The notes under the pieces: generated by a model
What the model saw: the letters and a program-made list of their open reading frames with translations, nothing else
Database searches by the model: none
What the model was told of the DNA's origin: nothing
Position numbers and translations under genes: made by a program
In this document: piece by piece, positions 22,071-32,574 of the stretch
Layout of the letters: each line of letters begins with the position of its first letter
Numbering within the stretch: the stretch's first letter is position 1
DNA from: Aerococcus sp.
GTDB taxonomy: Bacteria; Bacillota; Bacilli; Lactobacillales; Aerococcaceae
Direction: 5' to 3'
NCBI GenBank assembly: GCA_030528285.1
Contig: JAUMZE010000007.1
Location: 19,316 to 83,315, forward strand
DNA: 64,000 nucleotides

Positions 22071-22548
22071 TTGTTCACCTACTCTCCTTTTCTACTCAAA
22101 CGAAAAAATAAAATCGCTCCTCTAACTTGGAAGTAGAGCCAGCGACTTCGGGTTGTCTTTACCTGAAATTGGGAGCGTCTCTGGATAATCAAACAGAGCT
22201 AGGTTTCAGTTTCCTGTCTTTTTTGGCAATGGAATTAGCCTACATAGCTACTTCATTATCGAATTCAGCGAATATTCATCACCCAATTTTTCATTCAATC
22301 CACGCCTCTATTATACCGTAAAAAATCCGTTGAAGCAAAATAACCGGGCTTTCACGGGCGATTGATTGTCTGAGGGATTTTTGTCATTTCACACTAAAAA
22401 TCGCTTAGAGGGCCTGTCATCCTAAATAAAACGATTTTACAGTTATTTTTAGCTCTCATCGTGCCATAGAAAAAGGACGAACCAAAAAACCGGCTCGCCC
22501 TATTACTTATATATTATAATTAGTGACTTTCTTTCCTCAGAAATCTGT

Positions 22549-23703
22549 TTAACGTGCTGATAAGGTCCGCACTGGCGTAATCAGTTGCAGACGGTTAAAG
22601 GTGTCCTGTTCCTCAACGGGCAGGAGAATGAACGGGGTTCCTGCATTCTGGAAGCGAATCACCACTTCTTGAGAGCCGAACGTCCGCAGAGCTTGACGCA
22701 TATAGTCAGGGTTAAAGGCGATATTTAACTCTTCTCCTTCTTGACTGGTGACCTCTAACTTCTCAGTAACATTACCGACTTCACTGGAGCGGCTGTTCAG
22801 GATGACCTGATCACTAGAGATGTTCAAACGCACCACATTACTCTTGCTCTGATGGCTCAAGATAAGGGCACGTTCAATGGCACCAAGAAATTCGTTGGCA
22901 GGGAGGGTAATCGCCGTTTGATGATCGCGCGGCAGTAAGTTATTCGTATTTGGATAATCCCCCTCCAACAACCTGGAGTAGAGGTAAGTGGATCCATTCT
23001 TGAAGAGGACCTGATTATCCGTCACCATCATTTCAATCGTTTCGTCATCTGCGATAATCCGCGTGAGCTCCATCAAGCTGCGTCCCGGGATGTTCACCAC
23101 GAAATTATCATCCTTCAAAGCAGCGGGGCTCTCGAGTGGAACAATCCGTTGACTCAATCGGTGCGAGTCTGTTGCTACGGCTTTCAGTTGGTCGTGCCCA
23201 ATCTCGAAATGGATCCCGGTAAAGATCGGCCGGATTTCCTGATTAGAGACAGAGACGATTGTGTAGTTCACCACGCGCTTGAACAAATCAGCCGGAATAT
23301 TGAAGGTATAGTCGTTGTCGATTTCTGGGAGACGTGGATATTCACTGCCCGCCGTTCCCATCAAATTAAAGACAGATTCCCCTGAACGAATTGTTGCCTG
23401 CAAGCTATCATTCACTTCTAGAGTAAAGGTATCCTCTGGTAACTTACGCACAATGTCTCCGAAGAAACGTGCGGTAATCACAATGGATCCTGTTTCTTCA
23501 ATCGAGAGGCCGTTCTTTTCATCATTCGCATCAATCACAATTTCAATCGAGAGGGTGGTGTCACTCCCAGTCAGGATAATGCTGCTGTTGGTAACGGCAA
23601 TTTTAACCCCCGTTAATACAGGGATGGTGGTTTTCGTTGAGATCGCCCGTTGTACATTATTGAGATGCTCAATAAAAACAGCACGGTTGATGGTGAATTT
23701 CAT
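22549..23703 (-). CDS. dnaN: DNA polymerase III beta clamp
   Basis: AVATDSHRLS, SRLLEGDYP, LITPVR; downstream of dnaA. Confidence 0.99.
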   Translation of the reverse strand: MKFTINRAVFIEHLNNVQRAISTKTTIPVLTGVKIAVTNSSIILTGSDTTLSIEIVIDANDEKNGLSIEETGSIVITARFFGDIVRKLPEDTFTLEVNDSLQATIRSGESVFNLMGTAGSEYPRLPEIDNDYTFNIPADLFKRVVNYTIVSVSNQEIRPIFTGIHFEIGHDQLKAVATDSHRLSQRIVPLESPAALKDDNFVVNIPGRSLMELTRIIADDETIEMMVTDNQVLFKNGSTYLYSRLLEGDYPNTNNLLPRDHQTAITLPANEFLGAIERALILSHQSKSNVVRLNISSDQVILNSRSSEVGNVTEKLEVTSQEGEELNIAFNPDYMRQALRTFGSQEVVIRFQNAGTPFILLPVEEQDTFNRLQLITPVRTLSAR

Positions 23704-24102
23704 AGGTCGTCGTTCCTCCTCAATTATTCGCGAGAGATCGCTGTTGGTTCTTCTATCTCTCTATAAAAATAGATAATAGTAGTAGTAGGGCCTGTTTATT
23801 CTGTGGATAACTGAGATAAAGACTACGGATAAAAAGTTTTCCACTGTGGATAAAAAATAAATGGCGATGTGGAGAAGCAAATGATTTATCCACATGCCCC
23901 AATCAGTAATAGTTTAGCACAGATAGTGATTAAAATTAATGTTTCACGCTGGTTTTTAGAGGTTTGGGCCGGTTTTTACGTGATTTTAACAAAGATCCGA
24001 GTGAAAAAGGGTTTCTGTGCCGTTTCTTCAAGTGAAAAAAGAACAACAAGGCATCTGTTTCGTCCTTATTGTTCTTGGGTTCTCGTGTTCGTTTCTGAGT
24101 GT
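23704..24102. other. oriC: oriC unwinding region (dnaA-dnaN intergenic)
   Basis: DnaA-trios (TAG)x4 at 23777-23788, GC-rich GGCC, then DnaA boxes at 23802, 23845 and 23886; AT-rich flank. This is the canonical basal unwinding system layout. Confidence 0.93.
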
Positions 24103-25458
24103 TTAGCGTGCCAACATGTTTTTGATGTTCTTCACATCATTTCTAGCGTCGGGGGACTCTTTTAGCATGGTTTCGATTTTGTCGTAAGCGTGGAGCACGG
24201 TGGTATGATCCTTACCACCGAATTCCTGGCCGATCTTTGGCAGGGACGCTTCGGTAATTTCGCGAGCGAGATACATCGCAATCTGGCGTGGCACGACGAT
24301 CTGACGTTTGCGTTTCTTCCCAATGAGGTCATCCACCGTGACATCGTAGTAATTGGCGACGATCTCCTGGATTTTGGCGATAGACGGGGTAGCTTTCGGG
24401 CTCTCATTCTTGTAATTACGCAGCGCCTTCGCAGCGATGTCTGGCGTGAGAGACTCCTGATTCATTACGGCATAGGCCTGTACCGACGTCAATGCGCCCT
24501 CTAATTCACGAATATTGGAATCGATCTGCCCCGCAATGTAGCTCAGGGTTTCATCCGGAATGTTGATCTGACTGACCTCGGCTTTGTTTCTGAGAATCGC
24601 AATCCGAGTCTCCAGATCCGGTGGCGTAATGTCCGTTGACAAACCCTGTTTGAAGCGGGAAACGAGGCGGTCCTCCAGTTCAGGGATCTGGCTCGCATCC
24701 CGATCACTTGTCAGGACAATGTGCTTGTTGTTGTTGTAGAGCGCATTGAACGTATGGAAGAACTCTTCCTGGGTCGATTGCTTGTTTCCGATAAATTGAA
24801 TGTCGTCCACCAACAGCATGTCTACCCCACGATATTCCTCATGAAACTCAGGGGTGGTGTTGGTGCGGATCGATTCAATGAAATCATTCGTGAAGGTTTC
24901 ACTGGTGACATATTTCACGCGCGCATCGGGATGGGTCCGTAATACCTCATGCCCGATTGCTTGCATCAGGTGGGTTTTCCCCAGTCCCACGCCCCCGAAG
25001 AAGAAGAGTGGGTTGTAATCGCGTCCGGGGCCTTCTGCTACTGCGAGCGCTGCAGCATGGGCCATCTTGTTACCATCTCCGACCACGAAATTCTCAAAGG
25101 TATATTTCGGGTTCAGTTCGCTACTAGGATGGTGATAGCGATTGTTTGAGAGGGTATCGTTTGGTGCAGGGGATTGGGTATCGCCGCCGAAACTGAGGGT
25201 ATTCCCACTTCGATTTGCAACTTGAATCTCGACATCAATATCACGACCGAAGAATTCATAGATCACTTGGCGCAGTGGTAGTAGGTAATGATTATCGATA
25301 TGACGTTTGTGTAACTCGGAATCTGCTTCGATGTAGAGGGTGTCATCACTGAGGCGGATGGGTTTTAGTCCTAGAATCCACGTTTCATAACTGCCCTTTG
25401 TTAGTTCCTGTTTGAAATAACGGGTCACAGCTTCCCAAAGTTGATCCATCACGTCCAT
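24103..25458 (-). CDS. dnaA: Chromosomal replication initiator DnaA
   Basis: [41 protein letters not shown]. Confidence 0.99.
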   Translation of the reverse strand: MDVMDQLWEAVTRYFKQELTKGSYETWILGLKPIRLSDDTLYIEADSELHKRHIDNHYLLPLRQVIYEFFGRDIDVEIQVANRSGNTLSFGGDTQSPAPNDTLSNNRYHHPSSELNPKYTFENFVVGDGNKMAHAAALAVAEGPGRDYNPLFFFGGVGLGKTHLMQAIGHEVLRTHPDARVKYVTSETFTNDFIESIRTNTTPEFHEEYRGVDMLLVDDIQFIGNKQSTQEEFFHTFNALYNNNKHIVLTSDRDASQIPELEDRLVSRFKQGLSTDITPPDLETRIAILRNKAEVSQINIPDETLSYIAGQIDSNIRELEGALTSVQAYAVMNQESLTPDIAAKALRNYKNESPKATPSIAKIQEIVANYYDVTVDDLIGKKRKRQIVVPRQIAMYLAREITEASLPKIGQEFGGKDHTTVLHAYDKIETMLKESPDARNDVKNIKNMLAR

Positions 25459-25499
25459 GTTGGTTTCAACTCCTTTAACGAATAAATAGACTTATCTAT

Positions 25500-25820
25500 T
25501 GTAGCATGTTAAAAATTAGTTTTCCACAGAAGAAATAGACTGGGGACAAGTTTTTACCCAAAAAGGGATAAAAGTTATCAACAACCTGTGGAAATCAGGG
25601 ATAGGCTCTGGTTATATCTTTGGATAAAAAACAGCTGTGGAGAGAAAAACAGGGCTGAAAGCGGGAAGTCATCCACAAAAATAAATAGTTGTCCACATCT
25701 GTGTATAACTATTTAACAGGATGTGGACTGTGGACAGATCTGTCAAAAAGAGGTGTGGATAGAAATGGGCGTAGGAAACAGATGCACAGGCTTAGGGATA
25801 ACTCCTCCACAGTTGGGGAA
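25500..25820. promoter_or_regulatory. DnaA-box array upstream of dnaA (second half of bipartite oriC, autoregulation)
   Basis: TTTTCCACA at 25520, TGTGTATAA at 25700, and many 1-2 mismatch boxes (TTATCAACA, TGTGGAAAT, TCATCCACA, TTGTCCACA, TGTGGATAG). Confidence 0.85.
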
Positions 25821-25842
25821 AGCACAATAAAGATGCGCACAC

Positions 25843-25879
25843 AAAAACCGCTAAGCAAATGGAGGCTGCTTAGCGGTTT
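25843..25879 (-). terminator. Terminator after folP, insulating the dnaA promoter region
   Basis: AAACCGCTAAGCA/TGCTTAGCGGTTT stem with U-tract on the minus strand. Confidence 0.8.
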
Positions 25880-25883
25880 AATA

Positions 25884-26846
25884 CTAGTGATAGGCGTCAA
25901 AATTCTGGTCCGATTGTTGGTCTGCATTTCTGACGGCAACAGCCATGTCTCGGGCAATGCGGTGCGGGGGAATTGTGTGCACGCGCAGTACCTCTGCACC
26001 TTGAAGGGCCACAATCGCAGTCAGTGACGCACTCCCAAGATCACGGGTCAGGAAGCCCTCCTCAGTATCAGGGTCAGACGGGAGATTATCAGAAGCGAGG
26101 AGATTCACGATGAATCGTTTTCTGGATACCCCTACAAAAGCCGGATAGCCGAGATCATGTAACAAATGGATGCGCTGGATCAAAAGGAGATTCTCACGCT
26201 TGGTTAATCCAAAGCCAATCCCCGGATCCAACATTAATCGCTCTGGTTCAATTCCTGCCTCGAGTGCGCGGTCGATCGCTTTGTGGAGGTAGGTGGTTAG
26301 CACCATTTCAATCGGAGCGGTGGCGAGCATTTCTAATTCTTGCTGTGTAAAGGCCCACCCTGTCCCAAAAGACGGGAAGATTTGACTGCCAGGATGAGTT
26401 GGTCTAGCGATGATAGGGTTGAACATCAGGATAGCCCCAGCGTTAGAATGAGCGACAACATCAGCCATCGCTTCGTCCCCGAGAAATCCGGTGATGTCAT
26501 TAATAATGTCCACGCGACTCTCAATGGCTGCTTTGGCAACGGGGGCTTTCCAAGTATCGATGGAGAGCGGTGTATCCGTTGCTTGTTTGAGGCGTTCAAT
26601 CACGGGAATCACGCGCTCAATCTCCTCTTCCACAGGGACATAGGCACTCCCGGGACGCGTGGATTCACCCCCGATGTCGATCATCTCCGCTCCCTGTTCG
26701 ATCAGTTGCATCGCGTGATCGTAAGCAGCGTCAATCCCGTACCATTGCCCGCCATCAGAGAAGGAATCCGGTGTGACATTCACGATCCCACAGAGACGTG
26801 TTTTACCATCTGCGGGCAGTTGGCGCTGATTAAATGTAAAAGGCAT
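25884..26846 (-). CDS. folP: Dihydropteroate synthase
   Basis: NVTPDSFSDGG, IGGESTRPG, DPGIGFG, GVSRKRF, RVH. Confidence 0.97.
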   Translation of the reverse strand: MPFTFNQRQLPADGKTRLCGIVNVTPDSFSDGGQWYGIDAAYDHAMQLIEQGAEMIDIGGESTRPGSAYVPVEEEIERVIPVIERLKQATDTPLSIDTWKAPVAKAAIESRVDIINDITGFLGDEAMADVVAHSNAGAILMFNPIIARPTHPGSQIFPSFGTGWAFTQQELEMLATAPIEMVLTTYLHKAIDRALEAGIEPERLMLDPGIGFGLTKRENLLLIQRIHLLHDLGYPAFVGVSRKRFIVNLLASDNLPSDPDTEEGFLTRDLGSASLTAIVALQGAEVLRVHTIPPHRIARDMAVAVRNADQQSDQNFDAYH

Positions 26847-26864
26847 AATAAACTCCTCTCTTAA

Positions 26865-27467
26865 TTAATCCAAGTGACTAGGTAATAGTTCAGGACGTTC
26901 CCGATAGAGAGCGACTAACGCCCGGTAACGATGCAGATAAGGGCGCCTCAACAAGAAGGGGCGCTCTGCTAGGGTGTGTTTGGTCCCCTCAGGTATTAAC
27001 AAACGATCAAACCCAGCACTCGCTCTCCCGCGCTCCGTAAAAGCCACCTCACCCGTGAGTGTCCCAATCCCTCGTCCCAGCTCCGTTCCATTCTGCATGA
27101 GGGTGAGAACACTGGTCATAGTGAAGGTGCGCTCTTTCCCCTTTAAAAGCGTTAAAATGGCTTGATTCTGTTGGGTGGCATCTCCAAACTGCGCTAATTC
27201 GCGGGCGGTATGAATCCCTAAATGTATGGGATCTGCCTGTAACAGGAGCCCTGAATCATCCGCCAAGACGAGGCGTTTGGGATAGCGGGTGCTGTAGGTC
27301 TGACCTTTAATTCTGGCGTTGTCCAGATAAGTATTCTCCGTTTCAACGCTTTCGATTCTTTCATCTGGGGCAAACGGTTTGAGCGTCACCCCCCACATCG
27401 CGAGTAATTGTTGATACTCCTGAAACTTGATCGGGTTATGGGACGCAAGATAATAAATCAAAGCCAT
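26865..27467 (-). CDS. HAM1/ITPase-fold pyrophosphatase, probable dihydroneopterin triphosphate pyrophosphatase (FolQ2/Xtp2-like)
   Basis: ASHNPIK, ETENTYLDNARIK, LADDSGL; position between folE and folP. Confidence 0.75.
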   Translation of the reverse strand: MALIYYLASHNPIKFQEYQQLLAMWGVTLKPFAPDERIESVETENTYLDNARIKGQTYSTRYPKRLVLADDSGLLLQADPIHLGIHTARELAQFGDATQQNQAILTLLKGKERTFTMTSVLTLMQNGTELGRGIGTLTGEVAFTERGRASAGFDRLLIPEGTKHTLAERPFLLRRPYLHRYRALVALYRERPELLPSHLD

Positions 27468-27471
27468 GTTC

Positions 27472-28056
27472 TTAGTGTCTGGAATGTTGAAGGAGGAAGT
27501 CTCGGCGCAGGTCATGATCGGTTTGGAATTGGCCGCTGAAATAGGTCGCGGTCGTTTGGCTGTTGTGGGTCTTTACCCCGCGCATCTCCATACACATATG
27601 GCGAGCTTTGGTGATCACGGCCACACCCGCGGGATCGACTATCCTCTCCATCTCACGGCCGATCGTATCAGTGAGGCGTTCTTGTACATTCAACTGGTGG
27701 CTCACATAATTAACGAGGCGCGGAATTTTGCTCAAGCCGAGAATTTCCTCATGCTGCGGGAGATAGGCAACGGTCGCTGTCCCAAAAAATGGCAGTATGT
27801 GGTGTTCACAGAGCGAATAGAAGGGAATATCCTCTACGATCACCATCTGGCCTTGGTTTTCTGGGGAGTGGAACAATTTGTATTCTGTGAAAGTCTCCTG
27901 CTGATTGGAGGAGAGCAATTCCTCAAACATGCGGTAGACGCGCGCCGGGGTTTCCTGTAAACCCGGACGATCAGGATCTTCGCCAAATGCGGTCAGGATC
28001 GTACGGACGGCGGCTTCTACCTGGGCTTGTTTCTCGTTATTTGGTGGATTCATCAT
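27472..28056 (-). CDS. folE: GTP cyclohydrolase I
   Basis: ETPARV, SLCEHHILPF, GLSKIPR, QERLT, HMCMEMRG. Confidence 0.98.
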   Translation of the reverse strand: MMNPPNNEKQAQVEAAVRTILTAFGEDPDRPGLQETPARVYRMFEELLSSNQQETFTEYKLFHSPENQGQMVIVEDIPFYSLCEHHILPFFGTATVAYLPQHEEILGLSKIPRLVNYVSHQLNVQERLTDTIGREMERIVDPAGVAVITKARHMCMEMRGVKTHNSQTTATYFSGQFQTDHDLRRDFLLQHSRH

Positions 28057-28537
28057 TTAACTTCCTTATCTGTTGGTTCGTGGTGGCTTTGAGGAGCTGG
28101 ATACGCTGTTGGATTGTTTCCAGATACGTCTGTTCCTGATAGATTGTTTGAATGGGGATGAGCACAAATAAGCGGTTAAAGGCCTCCGCATGTGGAATCG
28201 TCAGTGTTTCAGACTGATAGGTTTCATCCCTGTAGAAAATAATATCGATATCCAAGGTGCGTGGCCCCCAGTGAATGATCCGTTTGCGGTGAAAATGCTG
28301 CTCGATCTCATGAATCACTTGGAGGAGTGCTTCGGGATCGAGAGTAGTTTCGAGTCGGACCGCGGTATTCACAAAATCATCCTGGGCTTCATATCCTACT
28401 GGCGACGTCACATAGAGACCCGCAACATCGGTGATGCGACCGGCTTGTTCATTGAGACGGGTGATAGCACCTGTGAGAGTGGCCTCGGAGTCCCCCATAT
28501 TGCTGCCGAGACTGAGGTAGACGATTTGATTAGGCAT
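28037..28537 (-). CDS. folK: 6-hydroxymethyl-dihydropterin pyrophosphokinase
   Basis: YLSLGSNMG, WGPRTLDIDI, IPH, R.FVLIP. Confidence 0.97.
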   Translation of the reverse strand: MPNQIVYLSLGSNMGDSEATLTGAITRLNEQAGRITDVAGLYVTSPVGYEAQDDFVNTAVRLETTLDPEALLQVIHEIEQHFHRKRIIHWGPRTLDIDIIFYRDETYQSETLTIPHAEAFNRLFVLIPIQTIYQEQTYLETIQQRIQLLKATTNQQIRKLNDESTK

Positions 28538-28904
28538 GGCCGTCCCCTCCCCGTTTGCGGTTGAGTGTGACGGCGACATGATCGAGGATGCCGTCAATCG
28601 GGAGTCCCATTTTATTGATGGTGATGGTTGCTTCTAGAATCCGCTGATCGATATCCAAAACGAGATCTAGGAGTTCTTGGGAGAGCGTTTCGATCAGATC
28701 GACCCTCGACTGATTGACAAGGGTTTTGATTTCATCATAGATTGCCCCATAATTCACGGTGGTGGTCAGATCATCGTTGGTGGGTTCAGCCACAATGGTC
28801 AGTGTGAGATCAATCGTGAGGTCTTGCCCGATCTGTTTTTCCTCGGGGTAGACCCCAATATGTGTGTGAAAGGCCATCTGGGCGAGTGTAATGGTATATG
28901 TCAT
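28530..28904 (-). CDS. folB: Dihydroneopterin aldolase
   Basis: HIGVYPEEKQIGQ, TVNYG, DLIETL. Confidence 0.95.
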   Translation of the reverse strand: MTYTITLAQMAFHTHIGVYPEEKQIGQDLTIDLTLTIVAEPTNDDLTTTVNYGAIYDEIKTLVNQSRVDLIETLSQELLDLVLDIDQRILEATITINKMGLPIDGILDHVAVTLNRKRGGDGHA

Positions 28905-28962
28905 AAAATCTTCCTCCAATCATTCGTCAGCAGTGGCAGAGCATTGGTTTAATAGTTGTTCG

Positions 28963-30258
28963 TTAGAGCGTTAACTGAAAATGATCAATGACTGCTTGCC
29001 GGAAATCACTCACGAGATAGAGTGACCCATAACAGAGAATGAGCGCATTTAGGGCTTCTGCGCGTTTTAGGGCAAGCGAGAGGGCTTCCTCGGGGGAATC
29101 TACCTCAAAAATTGGGTGATCGGTGAAGTGACTGAGCTCTTGGTGCATTTCCTGGGCAGTGAGGCTGCGGTCGTAATTCTGAACGGAGAGGACGATGAAT
29201 TCATTGATCAGTGGCGTCATTAAGGGCACCATATTGTCAATCGCTTTGTCGCACATATGGGTGGTGACCCCGATGATAGGGTGGTTTGGATAATAAGTCC
29301 GCAAACTATCCGCCAGTGCTGCCATTCCCTGTTCATTGTGCGCACCATCCACGAGAATAACGGGATCCTCCGTGAGGCGCTCGAATCGTCCGGGCCAGCG
29401 TGTATTGGCGATTCCCTGTTTGATCTGGTCATCTGTGATTGTGAGTTGATCATGGCGTCTGAGATATTGAACGGCTTCAATCGCAGTCATGGCGTTGTAG
29501 AACTGGTGATTCCCAAGTGTATGCATCGCAATCTCGGTTAAACCGCCATAGTTAAAAGTTTGTTCATGAACGGAACGGGACAGGACCTCCACCTGTTTGG
29601 GATCGGGATGGATGATTGGGGCGTCGTGGTTCTTAGCCACCGTTTCAATGACCTCCGTTGCTTCAACAGATTGCGGATAGATCACGACGGGACAATGATC
29701 CTTGATGATGCCGGCTTTTTCGGCGGCAATTTTAGGAATGGTGCCCCCGAGCGTCTCCTGATGGTCGAGACCGATGTGAGCGATGAGGGTGATATCGGGA
29801 TGGTGAAGGACGTTGGTGGAGTCGAGACGTCCACCGAGTCCCACCTCAATCACCGCATAATCCACCTGTTCGAGATAGAAATAATAGAAGGCGACCACTG
29901 TAGCCCACTCGAATTCGGTTGGATGAATATCGTAATCCAGGCAGGTTTCGCGCACACGTTTGGATACATCAATCAGCTTTTCGTCGCTGATATTTTCACC
30001 ATTAATTTGAATCCGGTCGTTATATTCGAAGAGGGAAGGTGAGGTGAAGGTCCCCACCTTAGCGCCGGTTGTTTTGAGCATGTTCATCAAAAAATAGACG
30101 GTCGATCCTTTCCCATTGGTGCCCGCCACATGGTAGGTATGATAGGCATCTTGAGGGTTATCGAGCAACATCAGTAAACGTGTCACGGTCTCTAAACCGA
30201 GGTGGCGTTCTCCAGGCTTTGGGATATTCATTTTCTTGATGGCGGTTTCGTAATCCAT
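28963..30258 (-). CDS. folC: Dihydrofolate/folylpolyglutamate synthase
   Basis: HVAGTNGKGS, EVGLGGRLDSTNV, WPGRFE, DGAHN, GSLYL. Confidence 0.97.
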   Translation of the reverse strand: MDYETAIKKMNIPKPGERHLGLETVTRLLMLLDNPQDAYHTYHVAGTNGKGSTVYFLMNMLKTTGAKVGTFTSPSLFEYNDRIQINGENISDEKLIDVSKRVRETCLDYDIHPTEFEWATVVAFYYFYLEQVDYAVIEVGLGGRLDSTNVLHHPDITLIAHIGLDHQETLGGTIPKIAAEKAGIIKDHCPVVIYPQSVEATEVIETVAKNHDAPIIHPDPKQVEVLSRSVHEQTFNYGGLTEIAMHTLGNHQFYNAMTAIEAVQYLRRHDQLTITDDQIKQGIANTRWPGRFERLTEDPVILVDGAHNEQGMAALADSLRTYYPNHPIIGVTTHMCDKAIDNMVPLMTPLINEFIVLSVQNYDRSLTAQEMHQELSHFTDHPIFEVDSPEEALSLALKRAEALNALILCYGSLYLVSDFRQAVIDHFQLTL

Positions 30259-30880
30259 CGCATGTCCTCCTCATGTATTGGCCACATCTGCCACAAAGGT
30301 CCATTCAATTGAATACTTATCAGGCATAAATTGGCGTTTATTCCCCCTTATAGTAGCCGATTCATCCATAAGATGCCACCTATAAATGAAAGCGGATCCG
30401 AAATAAAAGCCAATAGAGAGAGCCGCATCCCCCACCGCTACTCACAATAGGCACGATCTCGTATTAGATAGTGAGGGGGAGGAAGAAAACACGCTCTTTT
30501 GGTGAAAAAATAGAAATGAAAGCTTATCTCTCAAGGAATAAGCGTGTGGACCACCTTCAATCTATTAAATTGAATATATTAAGAAATTGTAAAGAAGTTT
30601 AGTGCGTTAAAAAGTCGATCGTCAAAAAATAATCAAACGAAGGCACACTCCCAAAATTTCTATCGTGCGTTATAATAGGAAATATCTATCCTCTCCCTTA
30701 CCTAAGCGCATAGAAGCGGGAGGAGTGGAAATGACCGATTGACGAAAATAAGGTTTTTAGCGCGTTTGTCTGCCTAATTTTTGTCAAAATCCCCGGTAGA
30801 GGAAGGTGAGTCGTGCATGCAATCCATAAGAAAAGCTTTTTCAGATGGAAAAAAACATTATTACGAGGATTTTAACCGAT

Positions 30881-30933
30881 TTGTCAAAAATGGGAGATCG
30901 TGCTACATTAACGGTGTAATGAAAACGTTTTCT
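30881..30933 (+). promoter_or_regulatory. sigma-A promoter with downstream cre site for the hut/one-carbon operon
   Basis: TTGTCA-17 bp-TACATT (extended TG), followed by TGAAAACGTTTTCT at 30920-30933, which fits the CcpA cre consensus. Confidence 0.65.
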
Positions 30934-30990
30934 TTTCTATAGGGGTAACCCTTAGGAAGAAACAGCAGTCAAAGAAGGAGCGAATCGACA

Positions 30991-31890
30991 ATGGCAAAGA
31001 TCGTGGAATGTATTCCTAACTTTAGTGAAGGACAGAATGAAACCATTATTGAAGGCTTAGTCACTACCGCTAAGAGTGTGCCAGGTGCCACGCTTTTAGA
31101 TTACTCCTCGGATGCCAGCCACAACCGCAGCGTGTTCACGTTGGTAGGGGACGATGAGGCGATCCAAGAAGTCGCATTCCAATTAGTGAAATATGCGACG
31201 GAAAATATCGATATGACCAAACATCATGGGGAACATCCACGGATGGGTGCGACCGACGTTTTGCCATTTGTACCAATTAAGGACATCACTGTGGAAGAAA
31301 CCGTGGAACTCTCCAAGAAAGTGGCGAAACGTATTAACGATGAATTAGGCATTCCAATCTTCCTATATGAAGACTCCGCGACCTCCCCACAACGAAAGAA
31401 TCTGGCGAAGGTCCGCAAAGGTCAATTTGAAGGCATGCCTGAAAAACTCCAAGAAGAAGAATGGGCGCCAGACTACGGCGAACGTAAAATCCATCCAACA
31501 GCGGGTGTATTGGCAGTGGGTGCGCGGATGCCACTGGTTGCTTTCAATGTGAACTTGGACACCGACGATTTGGCGATTGCAAAACGCATTGCGAAGATCA
31601 TTCGTGGGTCCTCTGGCGGATACAAATACTGCAAGGCGATCGGCGTCATGTTGGAAGACCGCAATGTCGCTCAGGTATCGATGAACATGGTGAACTACGA
31701 AAAATTACCGCTCTACCGTGTGATGGAAACTATTCGCTTCGAAGCGGCACGTTACGGGGTCAACATCATTGGTTCCGAAGTGATCGGACTCACCCCAGCC
31801 AAAGCATTGGTGGACTGCGCAGAATACTATCTCGGGGTTGAAGACTTCGATTACCATAAACAAGTCTTAGAAAACCACCTGCTCAACTAA
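30991..31890 (+). CDS. ftcd: Glutamate formiminotransferase
   Basis: ECIPNFSEG, DASHNRSVFT, HPRMGATDV, GAR.PL.AFNVNL, QVSMN. Confidence 0.95.
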   Translation: MAKIVECIPNFSEGQNETIIEGLVTTAKSVPGATLLDYSSDASHNRSVFTLVGDDEAIQEVAFQLVKYATENIDMTKHHGEHPRMGATDVLPFVPIKDITVEETVELSKKVAKRINDELGIPIFLYEDSATSPQRKNLAKVRKGQFEGMPEKLQEEEWAPDYGERKIHPTAGVLAVGARMPLVAFNVNLDTDDLAIAKRIAKIIRGSSGGYKYCKAIGVMLEDRNVAQVSMNMVNYEKLPLYRVMETIRFEAARYGVNIIGSEVIGLTPAKALVDCAEYYLGVEDFDYHKQVLENHLLN

Positions 31891-31931
31891 GAGAGACTGA
31901 ATACCCCTGTTTTAATAACGATAGGAGGCTC

Positions 31932-32561
31932 ATGATGCCACTCATTGATATGACGATTGAAGGATATATTAACGTACTAGGATCGAATGAACCCGCTCCC
32001 GGTGGTGGATCCGCTTCGGCACTCGCTGCTACCCAAGGCATTGCGTTGACGAAGATGGTGGCGGAGTTAACAGTTGGTAAGAAGAAATACCAAGACTATG
32101 AAGCAGAGATGACGGACGTGTTGCATGAAGCCACCCGTCTGAAAATTGAACTGCTCCAAGCCATCGATAAAGATACCGAAGCCTTTAATGAGGTATCGGC
32201 GGTCTTCTCCATGCCAAAGCAAACGGACGAAGAGAAAGCTGCGCGTAAAGAAGCCATGCAGCGCGCCTTAAAGATTGCTGCCAACTCTCCGCTCGACATG
32301 ATGGCGTTGATACATGAAGCACTCCAGGTAACTAAACGCGCTGTGGGTAAATCCAACACCAATGCGGCGAGTGACTTGGCAGTGGCAGCGCTCAACCTGA
32401 AATCCGGGTTGCAGGGGGCTTGGCTCAATGTCTTGATTAATCTATCTGGGATCAAGGACGAGACCTTCGTGAATGATGCTAAAGAAAAGGGTCTGCCAAT
32501 GCTTCAAGAAGGCATGACAATCGCTGATGACATCTATCAGCAAATCCTCAATGAACGATAA
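31932..32561 (+). CDS. Formimino-THF cyclodeaminase / methenyl-THF cyclohydrolase family protein
   Basis: [33 protein letters not shown]. Confidence 0.9.
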   Translation: MMPLIDMTIEGYINVLGSNEPAPGGGSASALAATQGIALTKMVAELTVGKKKYQDYEAEMTDVLHEATRLKIELLQAIDKDTEAFNEVSAVFSMPKQTDEEKAARKEAMQRALKIAANSPLDMMALIHEALQVTKRAVGKSNTNAASDLAVAALNLKSGLQGAWLNVLINLSGIKDETFVNDAKEKGLPMLQEGMTIADDIYQQILNER

Positions 32562-32574
32562 GAGGAGTGAAAGT

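Noticed and set aside
22071-22548. ORF 22127-22321 or an sRNA in the dnaN-yaaA gap
   Set aside because: Only a likely dnaN terminator and a TATAAT for yaaA are visible; no supportable structure or coding signal.
23940-23955. parS inside oriC (TGTTTCACGC), also half-sites at 802 and 1423
   Set aside because: Only one half of the palindrome matches.
25689-26027. ORFs 25689-26027 and 25709-26014
   Set aside because: They overlap the folP 3' end, its terminator and the DnaA-box array.
30259-30560. THF riboswitch upstream of folC
   Set aside because: I could not find the conserved aptamer segments on either strand; an Rfam covariance search would be decisive.
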